64,000 bases of DNA from positions 1 to 64,000 of the forward strand of contig CAWAUV010000002.1 in the NCBI GenBank assembly GCA_963785305.1, given 5' to 3'. A program made the translations under genes and the position numbers. Below, one piece after another: positions 34,908-45,644 of the stretch. The DNA comes from an uncultured Planctomycetaceae bacterium. Its GTDB lineage: Bacteria; Planctomycetota; Planctomycetia; Pirellulales; PALSA-1355. The notes below the pieces were generated by a model. That model saw only the letters and a program-made list of their open reading frames with translations, was not told the origin of the DNA and did not search any database. Position 1 is the first letter of the stretch. Each line of letters starts with the position of its first letter.

Positions 34908-35144
34908 ACCGGTCGAGCGTTGCGGAACGGAATAATCCGAGCCGCCGGTGGTCTCGCGGACATCTTTGGCATCCGAGCCCAAATCCCCCGACACGCATCG
35001 GCATGCCACGCAGTCGCCTGCAATTGGTGCTCGTTGACCATTGCCCCCGAAGACGCTTTGCCCGCGGTGGGCGGATCGGCTAAAGTTGCTTTGTGGTTGG
35101 TCGTTCCTAGAGCTTTTATATTTCCTGCGCGAGGTTTTGCGGCA

Positions 35145-36413
35145 ATGCCTGTTGTTCCCACGTTTTCCACGCTCCGTGAAAAAATCGCCGGTCTTCCCGT
35201 TCATGATCTGGCCGAGCAGTTCGGCACGCCCACGTTTGTCTACAACGCCGCGAAAATTCGCGAGCGCATTGCCGATCTCAAGGCGTTTGATGTGGTGCGC
35301 TATGCCCAGAAAGCCTGTTCCAACCTCGCGATTCTCGATCTCGCCCGCCGCGCCGGCGCCCTGGTCGATTCGGTGAGCGCCGGCGAGATTCTTCGGGCGC
35401 TCGCGGCCGGCTACTCCGCCGCCGGCGATCCGCCGCCGATCGTCTATACCGCCGATATCTTCGATCGCGAAAGCCTCGAGCTTGTCGCGAAGCATGGCAT
35501 TCATGCCAATGTCGGTTCGCCCGACATGATCGATCAGCTTGCCGCTCGGGCGCCGGGCAGCCATATCACGCTGCGCATCAATCCCGGCTTCGGACACGGT
35601 CACAGCCAAAAGACCAACACCGGCGGTCAACAATCGAAGCATGGCATCTGGCACACCGAGCTCCATGATTGCCTGCGTCGGGCCGAAGCGGGCGGGCTCG
35701 CCGTGACCGGGCTACACATGCACATCGGCTCGGGAACCGACATGGAGCATCTGGCCCAAGTCTGCGGCGCGCTCGAGCGCGCCGCGCTCGAAGTCGGCCG
35801 CTCACTCACCGCGATCAGCGCCGGCGGCGGCCTGCCGGTGCCCTACAAGGCCGGACAGACCTATGTCGATATCGATGCCTATTTCCGGCTCTGGGACGCG
35901 ACCCGCAAGCGGCTCGAAGACGCGTTTGGCCACTCGCTGCGGTTGGAGATCGAGCCGGGCCGGTATCTTGTGGCGGAAAGCGGATATCTCATCACCACGA
36001 TCGCGGCCGTGAAACGCATGGGCGACAATGTGTTCTATCTTGTCGACGCCGGCTTCAACAATCTCGCCCGCCCGATCCTCTACGGCGCTTACCACCCGAT
36101 GTCGATCGCCCAGCGGAGCGGCGGCGAGCGGCGGGCGGAGCAAGCGGTCGTGGTCGGCGGCCCGCTCTGCGAATCGGGCGATATCTTCACGCAAGAAGAA
36201 GGCGGCTTCGTCAGCACCCGACAATTGCCCGCGGCCGCGGTGGGCGATTTGCTCGTGATCGAATGCGCGGGCGCCTACGGCTTTGTGATGGGCTCGAACT
36301 ACAACAGCAAGCCGCTGGCCGCCGAAGCGCTCATCGACGGCGGTAAAGCCGAGCTCATCCGCCGACGACAGACCTTCGAAGACCTAATCGCGGGAGAGCG
36401 CATTCCGAAATAA
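35145..36413 (+). CDS. lysA: Diaminopimelate decarboxylase
   Basis: 'FGTPTFVY', PLP lysine in 'YAQKACSN', 'HMHIGSG', 'IEPGRYLVAESG', 'GPLCESGD', 'GAYGFVMGSNYN'. Confidence 0.95.
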   Translation: MPVVPTFSTLREKIAGLPVHDLAEQFGTPTFVYNAAKIRERIADLKAFDVVRYAQKACSNLAILDLARRAGALVDSVSAGEILRALAAGYSAAGDPPPIVYTADIFDRESLELVAKHGIHANVGSPDMIDQLAARAPGSHITLRINPGFGHGHSQKTNTGGQQSKHGIWHTELHDCLRRAEAGGLAVTGLHMHIGSGTDMEHLAQVCGALERAALEVGRSLTAISAGGGLPVPYKAGQTYVDIDAYFRLWDATRKRLEDAFGHSLRLEIEPGRYLVAESGYLITTIAAVKRMGDNVFYLVDAGFNNLARPILYGAYHPMSIAQRSGGERRAEQAVVVGGPLCESGDIFTQEEGGFVSTRQLPAAAVGDLLVIECAGAYGFVMGSNYNSKPLAAEALIDGGKAELIRRRQTFEDLIAGERIPK

Positions 36414-36508
36414 TTCGCGCGTGGGCCCACACGCATCGACGCCGGAGTCTTGGCCACGCCACCGCGCCACCCCACACGGTGAGGAACTCCGGCCGGCGCC
36501 GCGCGGCG

Positions 36509-38440
36509 TCATTTCGCCGATGTCTTGCCCGCCACCGCGTCGGCCAGGATCGCGTGCATGCGCTCGACGAACTGGTGCGGGTCGGCCAGATAGCCATCGA
36601 CCAGCATGCAGCCTTCGAACAATTGCTCGCAGGCTCGGGCCACGAGCGGGTCGCTCGCGTCTTGGGCCACCATACGCTCCAGGTTTTTCACCAGCGGATG
36701 CCGCGGATTGAGCTCGAGCACTCGCTTCGGTAGCTCCGTGGTCTTGTGCATGAGCCGCATCATTTTCTCCATGTGCGACGACATTTGATCGTCATCGCCC
36801 ACGAGACATGCCGGCGAATCGACCAACCGCTCGCTTACCCGCACATCGACGACCCGATCGCCCAGTATTTCCTTGCAGCGATCGACCAGCGGCCTGGCCT
36901 CGGCGGCGGCCGATTCGGTTTCCTTCGCTTCTTCGGCCGACTTCTCCGCGGAGCCCAAGTCCTTGAGATCGTCGGGCCGAGCGGCGTCGGCCGACACAAG
37001 CGGCTTATCGTGGTACTTGCCGAGCTGCGAGAGGATAAACTCGTCGGCCGCTTCGGTCAGATAGAGCACTTCGATCCCGCGCTTGCGGAACAGCTCGAGC
37101 CGCGGGTCGCGAAGCAGCGCCTCGCGACTGGCGCCCGAGAGGTAGTAGATCGCCTTTTGCGCTTCGGGCATCGCGGCCGCATAGTCGGCGAGGCTGAGCA
37201 GGGCTTCGGAGTTGTCGTGGCGCGAGGAGTTGAAGCGGAGCAGTTCCTGGAATTTTTCGCGGTTGGAGTAATCGTTGTAACCTTCGCGAAATATCCGGCC
37301 AAAGGCGTTCCAGAACTTGGCGTAGTCCTCGGGCTTTTCTTTAGCCAGCTCGAGCAACTGGTCGAGCATGCGGCGTGAGAGGCTATCGCGAATCTTCATC
37401 ACCACGCGATTTTCTTGCAGCGTCTCGCGCGAGACATTCAGCGGCAAATCGTCGGACTCGACCACGCCGCGCACGAATCGCAAATAAGCCGGGAGCAGAT
37501 TCTTGTTCTCGGCGTCGATCAGCACTCGCTTGACATAGAGATGCAAGCTCACTTCGCCGCGGCCAAAGCCCAGCCCCTCGGGATTGTGGGCCGGCACGAA
37601 CAGGAGCGAGGAGAACTGAATCGGCGCATCGGCCGAATAGTGCAGCCTGGCCAGCGGCTCGTCGTCTTCGTGGCTAATCAGCTTGAAGAACTCGTTGTAT
37701 TGCTCGGGTTTTATCTGGCTGGCGGGCTCGCGCCACAGGGCCACGGTTTGATTGACCCGTTCGCCGCCCACCAGCACCGGAAACGCCACGAAGTTGCTGT
37801 AGCGCTGGATCGCGTGTTTCACGAGATCGGGCTCGGCGAAACGCTCGTCGTCGGCCTTGAGATGAATCTCGATGCGCGTGCCGCGCGGCAGATCTTCGTC
37901 GAGCGTTTCGAGCTCGTAGCTGCCCAGGCCCTCGCTGGTCCAGCGAACCGGCTTGCCGACCGGCTCGGCGGTCCGCGTGGTGAGCACGATTTTCTTCGCG
38001 GCCATGAACACCGAATAGAACCCGACGCCAAACCGGCCGATCAGGCTCAATTGCTGGGCCGGGTCTTGGCCCGTCTGCTTGAGCTGTTCGAGAAACGCGG
38101 TGGCGCCACTGTGGGCGATGGTGCCGATATTTTCATGCACCTCGGCTTCGGTCATGCCGATGCCGGTGTCGGTGATCACGAGCGTTTTATCTTCGCCCTC
38201 GTTGTGAGTCTCGATGCGAATCTCGAGCGGCAAGTCGGGCGAAGCGAGCTGTTGGCCGCTGGCCTGGCGGAAACGGGCCTTTTCGAGGGCGTCGCTGGCA
38301 TTTGAAATCAACTCGCGCAGGAACACGTCTTTCGACGTGTAAACCGAGTGGATCAGGATATCGAGCAATTGCCGAATCTCGGCTTTGAATTCATGGTGCT
38401 GCCCGGCGGCGCCGGCGGCGGGATCGATGGTGGTCGACAT
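36509..38440 (-). CDS. htpG: Chaperone HtpG (Hsp90)
   Basis: 'FLRELISNASDALEK', 'DTGIGM', 'IGRFGVGFYSVF', 'DLPLNVSRETLQ', 'LELNPRHPLV'. Confidence 0.96.
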   Translation of the reverse strand: MSTTIDPAAGAAGQHHEFKAEIRQLLDILIHSVYTSKDVFLRELISNASDALEKARFRQASGQQLASPDLPLEIRIETHNEGEDKTLVITDTGIGMTEAEVHENIGTIAHSGATAFLEQLKQTGQDPAQQLSLIGRFGVGFYSVFMAAKKIVLTTRTAEPVGKPVRWTSEGLGSYELETLDEDLPRGTRIEIHLKADDERFAEPDLVKHAIQRYSNFVAFPVLVGGERVNQTVALWREPASQIKPEQYNEFFKLISHEDDEPLARLHYSADAPIQFSSLLFVPAHNPEGLGFGRGEVSLHLYVKRVLIDAENKNLLPAYLRFVRGVVESDDLPLNVSRETLQENRVVMKIRDSLSRRMLDQLLELAKEKPEDYAKFWNAFGRIFREGYNDYSNREKFQELLRFNSSRHDNSEALLSLADYAAAMPEAQKAIYYLSGASREALLRDPRLELFRKRGIEVLYLTEAADEFILSQLGKYHDKPLVSADAARPDDLKDLGSAEKSAEEAKETESAAAEARPLVDRCKEILGDRVVDVRVSERLVDSPACLVGDDDQMSSHMEKMMRLMHKTTELPKRVLELNPRHPLVKNLERMVAQDASDPLVARACEQLFEGCMLVDGYLADPHQFVERMHAILADAVAGKTSAK

Positions 38441-38662
38441 GTTTTTTATGTGCTGGATCCGAGATGGGGGGCATTTCCTGGCGACGGCAATTTTTGGCGC
38501 CACCGCGACCGATGGTCGCTTGCCGAAGCAACCCGTGGGCCAATCATCCGACCGTTCCCGAGATCACGAGGAAAGAAAGACGCAAGTCTTTTGTCACGAG
38601 CACCTTGCAACCGACATAGTCCGATGGTCCCGCGGGCGAGCATCAAAATGCAACCACGAAAC

Positions 38663-38685
38663 GCGACTGCCAGTTTGGCAGTCGC
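38663..38685. promoter_or_regulatory. Perfect 10-bp-arm palindrome in the htpG/natA divergent region (candidate operator)
   Basis: GCGACTGCCA-GTT-TGGCAGTCGC. Confidence 0.4.
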
Positions 38686-38872
38686 AAGACATTCTCCCAG
38701 GCAGGCCGGCGCCCCATGAATGTCGCCTGAATCAGTCACGACGATCGCGCCCATCGGGCCGAGCAACGCCACGGGCTCGCCCCGGGCTTTGACCTTTTTG
38801 GGCGTCCGCCATGTGGTACTGTTGAAAGAACGCTACCGGCCTCTCCCCCACGTTGCGCGCTCCCGCACCCCA

Positions 38873-39649
38873 ATGATCCACGTACGCGCCCTAAGCAAGC
38901 ACTATGCCGATCTACAGCGCGGCCAAATCGTCGCGCTCGATCAGGTCAGCTTCGAGGCCCGGGCCGGCCAGATCTATGGCCTCTTGGGACCCAATGGCGC
39001 CGGCAAAACCACGCTTCTCCGCATCTTAAGCACCGTGCTCCAGCCCACGGGCGGCTCGGCCGAGATCAATGGCTCGGATGTGGTGCGCGACGCTTCGCGC
39101 GTGCGGCGGCAGATCGGCTTCGTCTCGACCAACACCGCCGTGTACGACCGCATGACCGCCTGGGAGATGGTCGAATATTTCGGCCGGCTCAACGGCCTCG
39201 ATCCGGGACCGCTCCGTCAGCGCATGGAAGAAATATTCAACCGATTGCGAATGAACGACTTTCGCGACTTGCTCGGCGCCAAGATGTCGACCGGAATGAA
39301 GCAGAAGGTGTCGATCGCCCGAGCCATCGTGCATGACCCGCCGGTGCTGATCTTCGACGAAGCCACTTCGGGGCTCGATGTGCTCGTGGCCCGATCGCTT
39401 TTGCAAACCGTGGCCGACCTGGGCGAGCATGGCAAGTGCGTGCTCTTCTCGACGCACATCATGCGCGAAGCGGAAAAGCTGTGCGACCGGGTGGCGATCA
39501 TGCATCGCGGCCGTGTGCTGGCCGAGGGCGCTTTATCGGAACTGCGCGAGCGCCACGGCGAAAATGATCTTGAAGAATTGTTCTTCCGCCTGATCAGCGA
39601 ACACGACCAAACACATGCCGATCTCGCGGCGCGAGGCGGCGCCCGATGA
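38873..39649 (+). CDS. ABC transporter ATP-binding protein (NatA-like)
   Basis: Walker A 'GPNGAGKTT', signature 'MSTGMKQK', Walker B '[11 protein letters not shown]', H-loop 'STHIM'. Confidence 0.9.
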   Translation: MIHVRALSKHYADLQRGQIVALDQVSFEARAGQIYGLLGPNGAGKTTLLRILSTVLQPTGGSAEINGSDVVRDASRVRRQIGFVSTNTAVYDRMTAWEMVEYFGRLNGLDPGPLRQRMEEIFNRLRMNDFRDLLGAKMSTGMKQKVSIARAIVHDPPVLIFDEATSGLDVLVARSLLQTVADLGEHGKCVLFSTHIMREAEKLCDRVAIMHRGRVLAEGALSELRERHGENDLEELFFRLISEHDQTHADLAARGGAR

Positions 39650-41943
39650 ATTGGAAACAAGTCAAACTGATCTTCTTGCGCGAGGTGCGCGATCAACTTC
39701 GCGACCGGCGCACGCTGTTCATGATCGCGGTGCTGCCGCTGCTGTTGTACCCACTTCTGGGCATGAGCTTCTTGCGGATGTCGCAGTTTCTTCGCGAGCA
39801 TTCGGTGAAGACGCTGCTCGTGGGGCAGGAACAACTGGCGGGCCTGCCGCCGCTGGTCGAAGGCGAACATTTCGCCGCCGATCTATTCAAGGAGCCGCGG
39901 CGAGCGCGGATGTTCACCGTCAAGACCGCGCCCCATAAGACCGGGGCCTCGGCCGACGACGAAGCCGCGGCGGCTCGCGCGGCGGCGGAGTCGGGCGAAG
40001 CGGATGTGGCCGTGTATTTTCCGCCGCGTTTCGCCGAACATCTTCGCGAAGAATATCCGCGGAACCCAGGGCCCGACGCCGCGCCGCCAGCAAATGAATC
40101 GCGACCGACCGAACCGAGGAAGCCGGCCGACGCCGCGGTTCCCGAGGTGCGACTTTTTTGGAACGAAGCCAAGGAAGAGTCGCGGTTGGCGCAGCGCGGC
40201 GTGAGCGAATTGCTCGAACGCTGGCGCGAGGAAGTCATTCGCCAATCGCTCGTCGCCAATCGAATTCCCGAAACGCTGGTCCGCCCCTTCGACTTGGCCT
40301 CGACCGATGTGGCGGCCGCGGGACAAGATAAAGCGGCCCTGTGGTCGCGCATTCTGCCGTTCGTGCTCTTGCTCTGGGCCCTGACCGGAGCGTTTTACCC
40401 GGCCGTGGACTTATGCGCGGGCGAGAAAGAGCGCGGCACGCTCGAAACCCTCTTGTGCAGCCCGGCCGAGCGGCGCGAGATCGTGTGGGGCAAGCTGCTC
40501 ACGATCATGGTTTTTAGCATGGCCACGGCGATTCTGAATCTGCTCAGCTTGGGCATCACCGGTTCGCTTTTGCTCAGCCAATTGGAAACCCTGGGACCGC
40601 CGCCGCTGGTGGCGGTGGTGTGGCTGCTGGTGGCGCTGCCGCCGGTTTCGGCGCTTTTCAGCGCGCTCTGTCTTTCGATCGCGGTCTTTGCCCGCAGCAC
40701 GAAGGAAGGCCAGTACTATTTGATGCCGCTGGTGCTCATCACGCTGCCGCTCACGATGTTGCCCATGGCGCCGGGAGTGGAGCTCACGCTCGGCAACAGC
40801 CTGATTCCGATCAGCGGCTTCGTGCTCCTCTTGCGCACCGTGCTCGAAGGCAACTACGCCGCGGCGGCGCCGCTCGTGGCCCCGGTGGCGCTGGTGACGC
40901 TCGCTTGCTGCCAATTTTCGATCCGCTGGGCCACCGAGCAGTTCAATCGCGAAAGCGTGCTCTTCCGCGAAAGCGAACGGCTCGACTTGGGCCTGTGGCT
41001 CAAGCAGTTGATGCGCACTCGGCAAGACACGCCCTCGACGCCCGAGGCGATTCTCTGCGGAACCCTGATCCTGCTGCTCGAGTTCTTCATGAGCTTGAGC
41101 TTGCCGAAGATCGCCAATCTGGCCGAACTGGCCGTCGTCACGCAATTGGTGGTGATTGCCACGCCGGCCCTGATTATGACCGTCATGCTCACGCGCAGCC
41201 CCGTCAAAACCCTGCTGCTCGTCTGGCCCGGACCGCGGGCACTGCTGGCGGCGGCCCTTTTGGCGGTGGCGATCCATCCGGTAAACGATGCGCTCGGCGC
41301 TTTGGTGCAGCGCGTCTACCCGGTGAGCGATCCCGTGGCCGAGCAGTTCAAACAACTCACCGAGGGCATGACCGCCCCCTGGATTCTGCTTCTGTGGCTC
41401 GTGCCGCCGGTATGCGAGGAGCTGGCCTTTCGCGGATTCATTCTTTCCGGCATGCGACATTCGGGCCACAAATGGCGGGCGATCGTCGTAAGTAGCTTGT
41501 TCTTCGGGGCCAGTCACATGCTCTTGCAGCAGTCGCTCTTGGCCACGGTCATGGGCCTCGTGTTGGGATATCTGGCGATTCAGACCGGCAGCATCGGCCC
41601 GAGTATTGTGTTTCATTTGTCGCACAATGGACTGTCGCTCTTGGTTGGCTCCTTGGATCCGGCGGCGGTCGATAAACACCCGGCGCTCGTCTGGCTCGGC
41701 TCGTGGAACAACCCCGCGGCGGCCGCGTTTGGCCACGCGCTCTGCGCGCTGCTCGAATCGATCGCGTGGCTCCGCGCGGGAAGCGCCGAGACAGGGCTCG
41801 AATATCGCTTGCCGGTGGCGGCGGTAGGCGCCTTGGCGGCGGCGGCGCTGTTGTTGTGGCTCCGAAAGTTGCCATATGCCCGCACTCCGGAAGAAGCCCA
41901 ACACGAACTGCTCGAGGCCCGCAGCCGCGCGATGGGTGGCTAA
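39646..41943 (+). CDS. ABC-2 permease (NatB-like) fused to a CPBP/Abi intramembrane protease domain
   Basis: '[13 protein letters not shown]', '[13 protein letters not shown]'; CPBP motifs 'EELAFRG', 'FGASH', 'FHLSHN'. ATGA overlap with the ATPase gene. Confidence 0.88.
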   Translation: MNWKQVKLIFLREVRDQLRDRRTLFMIAVLPLLLYPLLGMSFLRMSQFLREHSVKTLLVGQEQLAGLPPLVEGEHFAADLFKEPRRARMFTVKTAPHKTGASADDEAAAARAAAESGEADVAVYFPPRFAEHLREEYPRNPGPDAAPPANESRPTEPRKPADAAVPEVRLFWNEAKEESRLAQRGVSELLERWREEVIRQSLVANRIPETLVRPFDLASTDVAAAGQDKAALWSRILPFVLLLWALTGAFYPAVDLCAGEKERGTLETLLCSPAERREIVWGKLLTIMVFSMATAILNLLSLGITGSLLLSQLETLGPPPLVAVVWLLVALPPVSALFSALCLSIAVFARSTKEGQYYLMPLVLITLPLTMLPMAPGVELTLGNSLIPISGFVLLLRTVLEGNYAAAAPLVAPVALVTLACCQFSIRWATEQFNRESVLFRESERLDLGLWLKQLMRTRQDTPSTPEAILCGTLILLLEFFMSLSLPKIANLAELAVVTQLVVIATPALIMTVMLTRSPVKTLLLVWPGPRALLAAALLAVAIHPVNDALGALVQRVYPVSDPVAEQFKQLTEGMTAPWILLLWLVPPVCEELAFRGFILSGMRHSGHKWRAIVVSSLFFGASHMLLQQSLLATVMGLVLGYLAIQTGSIGPSIVFHLSHNGLSLLVGSLDPAAVDKHPALVWLGSWNNPAAAAFGHALCALLESIAWLRAGSAETGLEYRLPVAAVGALAAAALLLWLRKLPYARTPEEAQHELLEARSRAMGG

Positions 41944-41993
41944 TCGGGCCGGTCGCGGCGTGTTTGTCGTCGCGAGAGTCGCGAGTCGTGGGT

Positions 41994-43350
41994 ATGATGA
42001 GCGGCATGGAACTGAAAATGCCCGCGGCACTGGCCGACTCCGCCGTGCTGCGTCGTCGCATGGAGTCGCTGGCCGAGGCCGAGTTGGCCGCGCATCAACT
42101 GGCGAGGCTCAACTCGCTCTTACTCGCGATTTTGCCGGAAAATCGCTTCTATTCCCATAAGCTCGCCGCCACGATTTCCGCCCGTGAAATGGCCGATCCT
42201 CACGGCCCGCTCGACTCGCTCGAGGACCTTGGCCGGCTGCCCTACACGCACAAGGAAGAGCTCCTGCCCGACGACCCGCGGAAGCATGTGGCCAACAATG
42301 TCACATTTCCGGCCGAGCGTTATGTGCGATTTCACCGCACCAGCGGCACGCGTGGCCGGCCGCTGGGCGTCGTCGACACAGCCGAGGATTGGGCGTGGTG
42401 GCTCGACTGTTGGGACTATGTGCTCGACGCCGCCGACATCACCCCGCGCGATCGGGTGTTCATGGCGTTTTCGTTTGGGCCGTTTATCGGATTCTGGAGC
42501 GCGTTCGAAGCCGCGTGCGCTCGTGGCTGCCTGGTGACGCCCGGCGGCGGGCTCACGACGCTCGGCCGACTCGAACTGATGCGCGATTCCGAGGCCACCG
42601 TCGTGTTTTGCACTCCGAGCTACGCGCTGCATATGGTCGAAGTGGCGCACGAAAACCATCTCGATTGCCGCGAGTTGGGCATTCGTCAGATTGTGCTGGC
42701 CGGCGAGCCCGGCGGCTCGGCGCCCACCACGCGAGGCCGCATCGAAGCCGGCTGGAACGCGCGGGTGCTGGACCACGCCGGCGCCACGGAAGTCGGCCCC
42801 TGGGGCCATGGCGATCGCCAGGGCCAGGGGCTGCATGTCGTGGAAAGCGAATTCATCGCCGAATTCCTGTCGATCGAACATGGCGGCCATGCCGCCGAGG
42901 GGGAGCTCGCCGAACTGGTGCTCACGCCGCTCGGACGCTTCGGAGCGCCGCTGGTGCGCTATCGCACCGGCGACTTGGTGCGACCCAGTTGGCAGTTTCC
43001 GGGCGCCAACCGCTTCGTGCATCTGGCTGGCGGAGTGCTGGGGCGCGTCGATGATATGCTAGTGGTGCGGCGGAGTGAATGTGTTTCCCAGCGCGGTCGA
43101 GAGCATCTTGCGTGGCTTCGCCGAAGTGATTGAATATCGGCTGGTGCTCACCCGAGTGGCCGAGATGGATCAAATGGCGGTCGAGATCGAGGACCGGCTC
43201 GACGATCCGGCCCGAGTGGCCAAGGAGCTCCAATTGCGGCTGGGGCTGAAGGTCGAAGTGCGAACGACGCCGCTGGGCAGCCTGCCGAGATTCGAAGGCA
43301 AGGGCCGCCGCATCGTCGACAACCGCGGTCTAGTGAAAGGCATATCGTGA
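41994..43350 (+). CDS. Phenylacetate-CoA ligase (PaaK)-family adenylate-forming enzyme, frameshift at about 43072
   Basis: 'HRTSGTRGRP', 'CTPSYALH', 'AGATEVGP', 'RYRTGDLV', 'GRVDDML(VVRG)VNVFPS', 'LPRFEGKGRR'. Confidence 0.85.
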
Positions 43351-43367
43351 CAGGGGAATCGCGAATC

Positions 43368-43712
43368 ATGGAACCACGTCCGACGAAGCTTACGCGGCTC
43401 GAGGGCAATCGGCTGTCGATCACCTGGGACGATGGCCAAGAGCGTGAATACACGGCCAAGGAACTGCGAGACCGCTGCCCCTGCGCCACATGCCGGGAGA
43501 AACGCTCGGCCGCCGAAGCAGCGCCGAGCGCAAAGGCTCCGCTAGGCATGTTGCCGGTGCTCTCGGCGGCGGAAACACGGCCGCTCGGCATCACCAGCAT
43601 GCGACCGGTGGGCAACTACGCCTATTCCATCGACTTCAGCGACGGCCACGGCACGGGCATCTATGGCATGGCCCTGCTCCGGGAACTCGGCCGCGCCGCG
43701 CCGACCGCCTAG
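43368..43712 (+). CDS. DUF971 (gamma-butyrobetaine hydroxylase N-terminal-like) protein
   Basis: 'ITWDDG...LRDRCPCATC', 'PVGNYAYSIDFSDGHGTGIY'. Confidence 0.88.
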   Translation: MEPRPTKLTRLEGNRLSITWDDGQEREYTAKELRDRCPCATCREKRSAAEAAPSAKAPLGMLPVLSAAETRPLGITSMRPVGNYAYSIDFSDGHGTGIYGMALLRELGRAAPTA

Positions 43713-43877
43713 TGCATTGTCACAATTGAAATGACGGGTTGGATTGGCTCCGCGGCGCCATGCCCACGGCCCTGCGTGGGCATGAGGACTTCGTGTGGCG
43801 CTCGAAACATGCCCACGCTGGGCGTGGGCACGGCACACGGGGTTATACCTATCATTTCAGCCGTGACAAAGCACTAG
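43709..43877. mobile_element. MITE family B, best-preserved copy
   Basis: Inverted ends CTAGTGCATTGTCACAATTGAAATGA / TCATTTCAGCCGTGACAAAGCACTAG, with CTAG at both termini and two internal CATGCCCACG...CGTGGGCA hairpins. Confidence 0.8.
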
Positions 43878-43955
43878 AGCCCATCCGACACCTTCCCCCC
43901 TCTCCCTTTGGGAGAGGGCAGGGTGAGGGTTCGCCGCGGTTGTCGCATAGGCTCT
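43876..43955. mobile_element. MITE family C copy, left of the IS
   Basis: AGAGCCCATCCGACA ... TGTCGCATAGGCTCT ends around a CCCTCTCCC-TTT-GGGAGAGGG hairpin. Confidence 0.6.
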
Positions 43956-43958
43956 TAG

Positions 43959-45390
43959 TTCGACTTTTGCACTTTTAAGGGTGCTCAAACTGGTCTTCGT
44001 AAATAGCGTGAGCCTCCGCGACAATGCTTGGGACTTCACTCTCAGGCATCGAGCAAGGAGGCTCACAATGGAACTTGTACCCGGCTTCATGGCGCTTTTG
44101 CAAGGGCTGTCCGCCACAATGACGGCGCCGACTTTCGCGAGTATGACGACGGTTCTGACCGGCTGGGTCTTCGCCAGTCGCCGCACGGTCACGTGCATGA
44201 TCGTCGCGGCTGGCGACACGGCGAGTAAGCACTTCTCGTCGTATCACCGTTTGTTCAGCGCGGCCCGTTGGTCGCGCGACTCGCTCGGGCTGGCCATGTT
44301 CGAATTGATCCAGCCGTTTTTGGGAGACGCCGTCTTGCTGGGACTCGACGACACGCTGGCTCGCAAGCGCGGATTGACGATGTTCGGCGCCGGCATGCAC
44401 CACGACCCTTTGCTCTCCAGCCGTGGCAAGGTGATTACCAACTGGGGGCATAGTTGGGTCGTGCTGGGCGTGATTGTCGAATTGCCGTTTCGCAAGGGAC
44501 ATTATTATTGCCTGCCGATCTTGTTTCGCCTGTACTTGAACAAGAAGAGCGCCGCCAAGCATCGGCGCCCATATCGCACCCGGCCGGAATTGGCGGTCGA
44601 GATGCTCGACGTGTTGTGCAACCACCACAAAAGCCGCCGTTTTCACGTCGTCGCCGACAGCGCCTATGGCGGTCGGAGCTTGCTCTGCTTCTTGCCGACG
44701 AATTGCGATTTGACCAGCCGACTCGTAAAGGACGCTCGCTTGTACGGGCCGCCGCCGGGGCGCGAAGCGGGAACCAATGGCCGACCGCGGAAGTTCGGCC
44801 AACGACTTCCCACGCCGGGGGCAATGCTCAAGGGACGCTGTCGTCGCGCGACCCTGAATATCTACGGGCGGCGCGAAACAGCCCGCTTGACGGAGCAAGT
44901 GGCCCACATGCATGCCGCTCCCCAACGGCCGGTTCGCGTGGTGGCGGCACCCGCCCTCGAAGGCGGCCGCGGGCAAGAGGCATTCTATTCCACTCGCTCC
45001 GAAGCAACCGCCGAACAAGTGATCGCTTGGTACGCGATGCGCTGGAGCATCGAAGTCACGAACCACGACAGTAAGCAATACTTGGGATTTGAACAACCGC
45101 AAGGCTGGACACATCGCGCGGTCGAGCGGACGGCTCCGATGGCCATGTTGTTGTACAGCCTGATCGTGTTGTGGTTTGCCCGCGAGGGTCATCGCAATTG
45201 GCGTCCGATGCTCCACCCTTGGCACGCGTCGAAGACGCAACCGTCATTCGCCGACATGCTCGGCACGCTCCGACGGCTTAGCGTGCGCCAACAGGTTTTA
45301 ACGTTGGCGCTTCAGGGGCCAGGGTCGCGAAAAATCCAACGACTCCTGGAAAACGCCGTGGAAATGGCCGCATAAAGTGCAAAAGTCGAA
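43959..45390 (+). mobile_element. IS701-family insertion sequence
   Basis: Perfect 17-bp terminal inverted repeats TTCGACTTTTGCACTTT (43959-43975) / AAAGTGCAAAAGTCGAA (45374-45390) around a single transposase. Confidence 0.85.
44068..45375 (+). CDS. IS701-family DDE transposase, apparently intact
   Basis: RBS AAGGAGG; 'LGLDDTLARKRG', 'VVADSAYG', 'YAMRWSIEVTNHDSKQYLG'. Confidence 0.85.
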   Translation: MELVPGFMALLQGLSATMTAPTFASMTTVLTGWVFASRRTVTCMIVAAGDTASKHFSSYHRLFSAARWSRDSLGLAMFELIQPFLGDAVLLGLDDTLARKRGLTMFGAGMHHDPLLSSRGKVITNWGHSWVVLGVIVELPFRKGHYYCLPILFRLYLNKKSAAKHRRPYRTRPELAVEMLDVLCNHHKSRRFHVVADSAYGGRSLLCFLPTNCDLTSRLVKDARLYGPPPGREAGTNGRPRKFGQRLPTPGAMLKGRCRRATLNIYGRRETARLTEQVAHMHAAPQRPVRVVAAPALEGGRGQEAFYSTRSEATAEQVIAWYAMRWSIEVTNHDSKQYLGFEQPQGWTHRAVERTAPMAMLLYSLIVLWFAREGHRNWRPMLHPWHASKTQPSFADMLGTLRRLSVRQQVLTLALQGPGSRKIQRLLENAVEMAA

Positions 45391-45393
45391 GTA

Positions 45394-45475
45394 AAAGCCT
45401 ATCCGAGAACTTCGGTGAGCTCTCGCGCTACCCTCTCCCATGCGGGAAGAGGGGGGAGTTGTCGGATTGGCCCTG
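45394..45475. mobile_element. MITE family C copy, right of the IS, inverted relative to the left copy
   Basis: AAGCCTATCCGAGAACTTCGG ... CCCTCTCCC-ATGC-GGGAAGAGGG ... TTGTCGGATTGGCCC. Confidence 0.6.
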
Positions 45476-45644
45476 AGTGACCCCGTCCCCAGACAACAGT
45501 TATCGTGTACAATGTACAATGGCCCGCCCGCCGCAAATCGGTGGCTGTCTGAAATTGCGTCAAAATGCGTCTGAAAATGCGCGAAATGGCCGTGCGAAAG
45601 TGCGGTTTTCCATCCGGGTCCCTCGCCAGCGATAGAAAACGATC

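Noticed and set aside
38576..38592. c-di-GMP-I riboswitch (AAAGAC-GCAA-GTCTTT hairpin)
   Set aside because: Only one GNRA hairpin. The GGCAAA/P2 and receptor elements are not evident.
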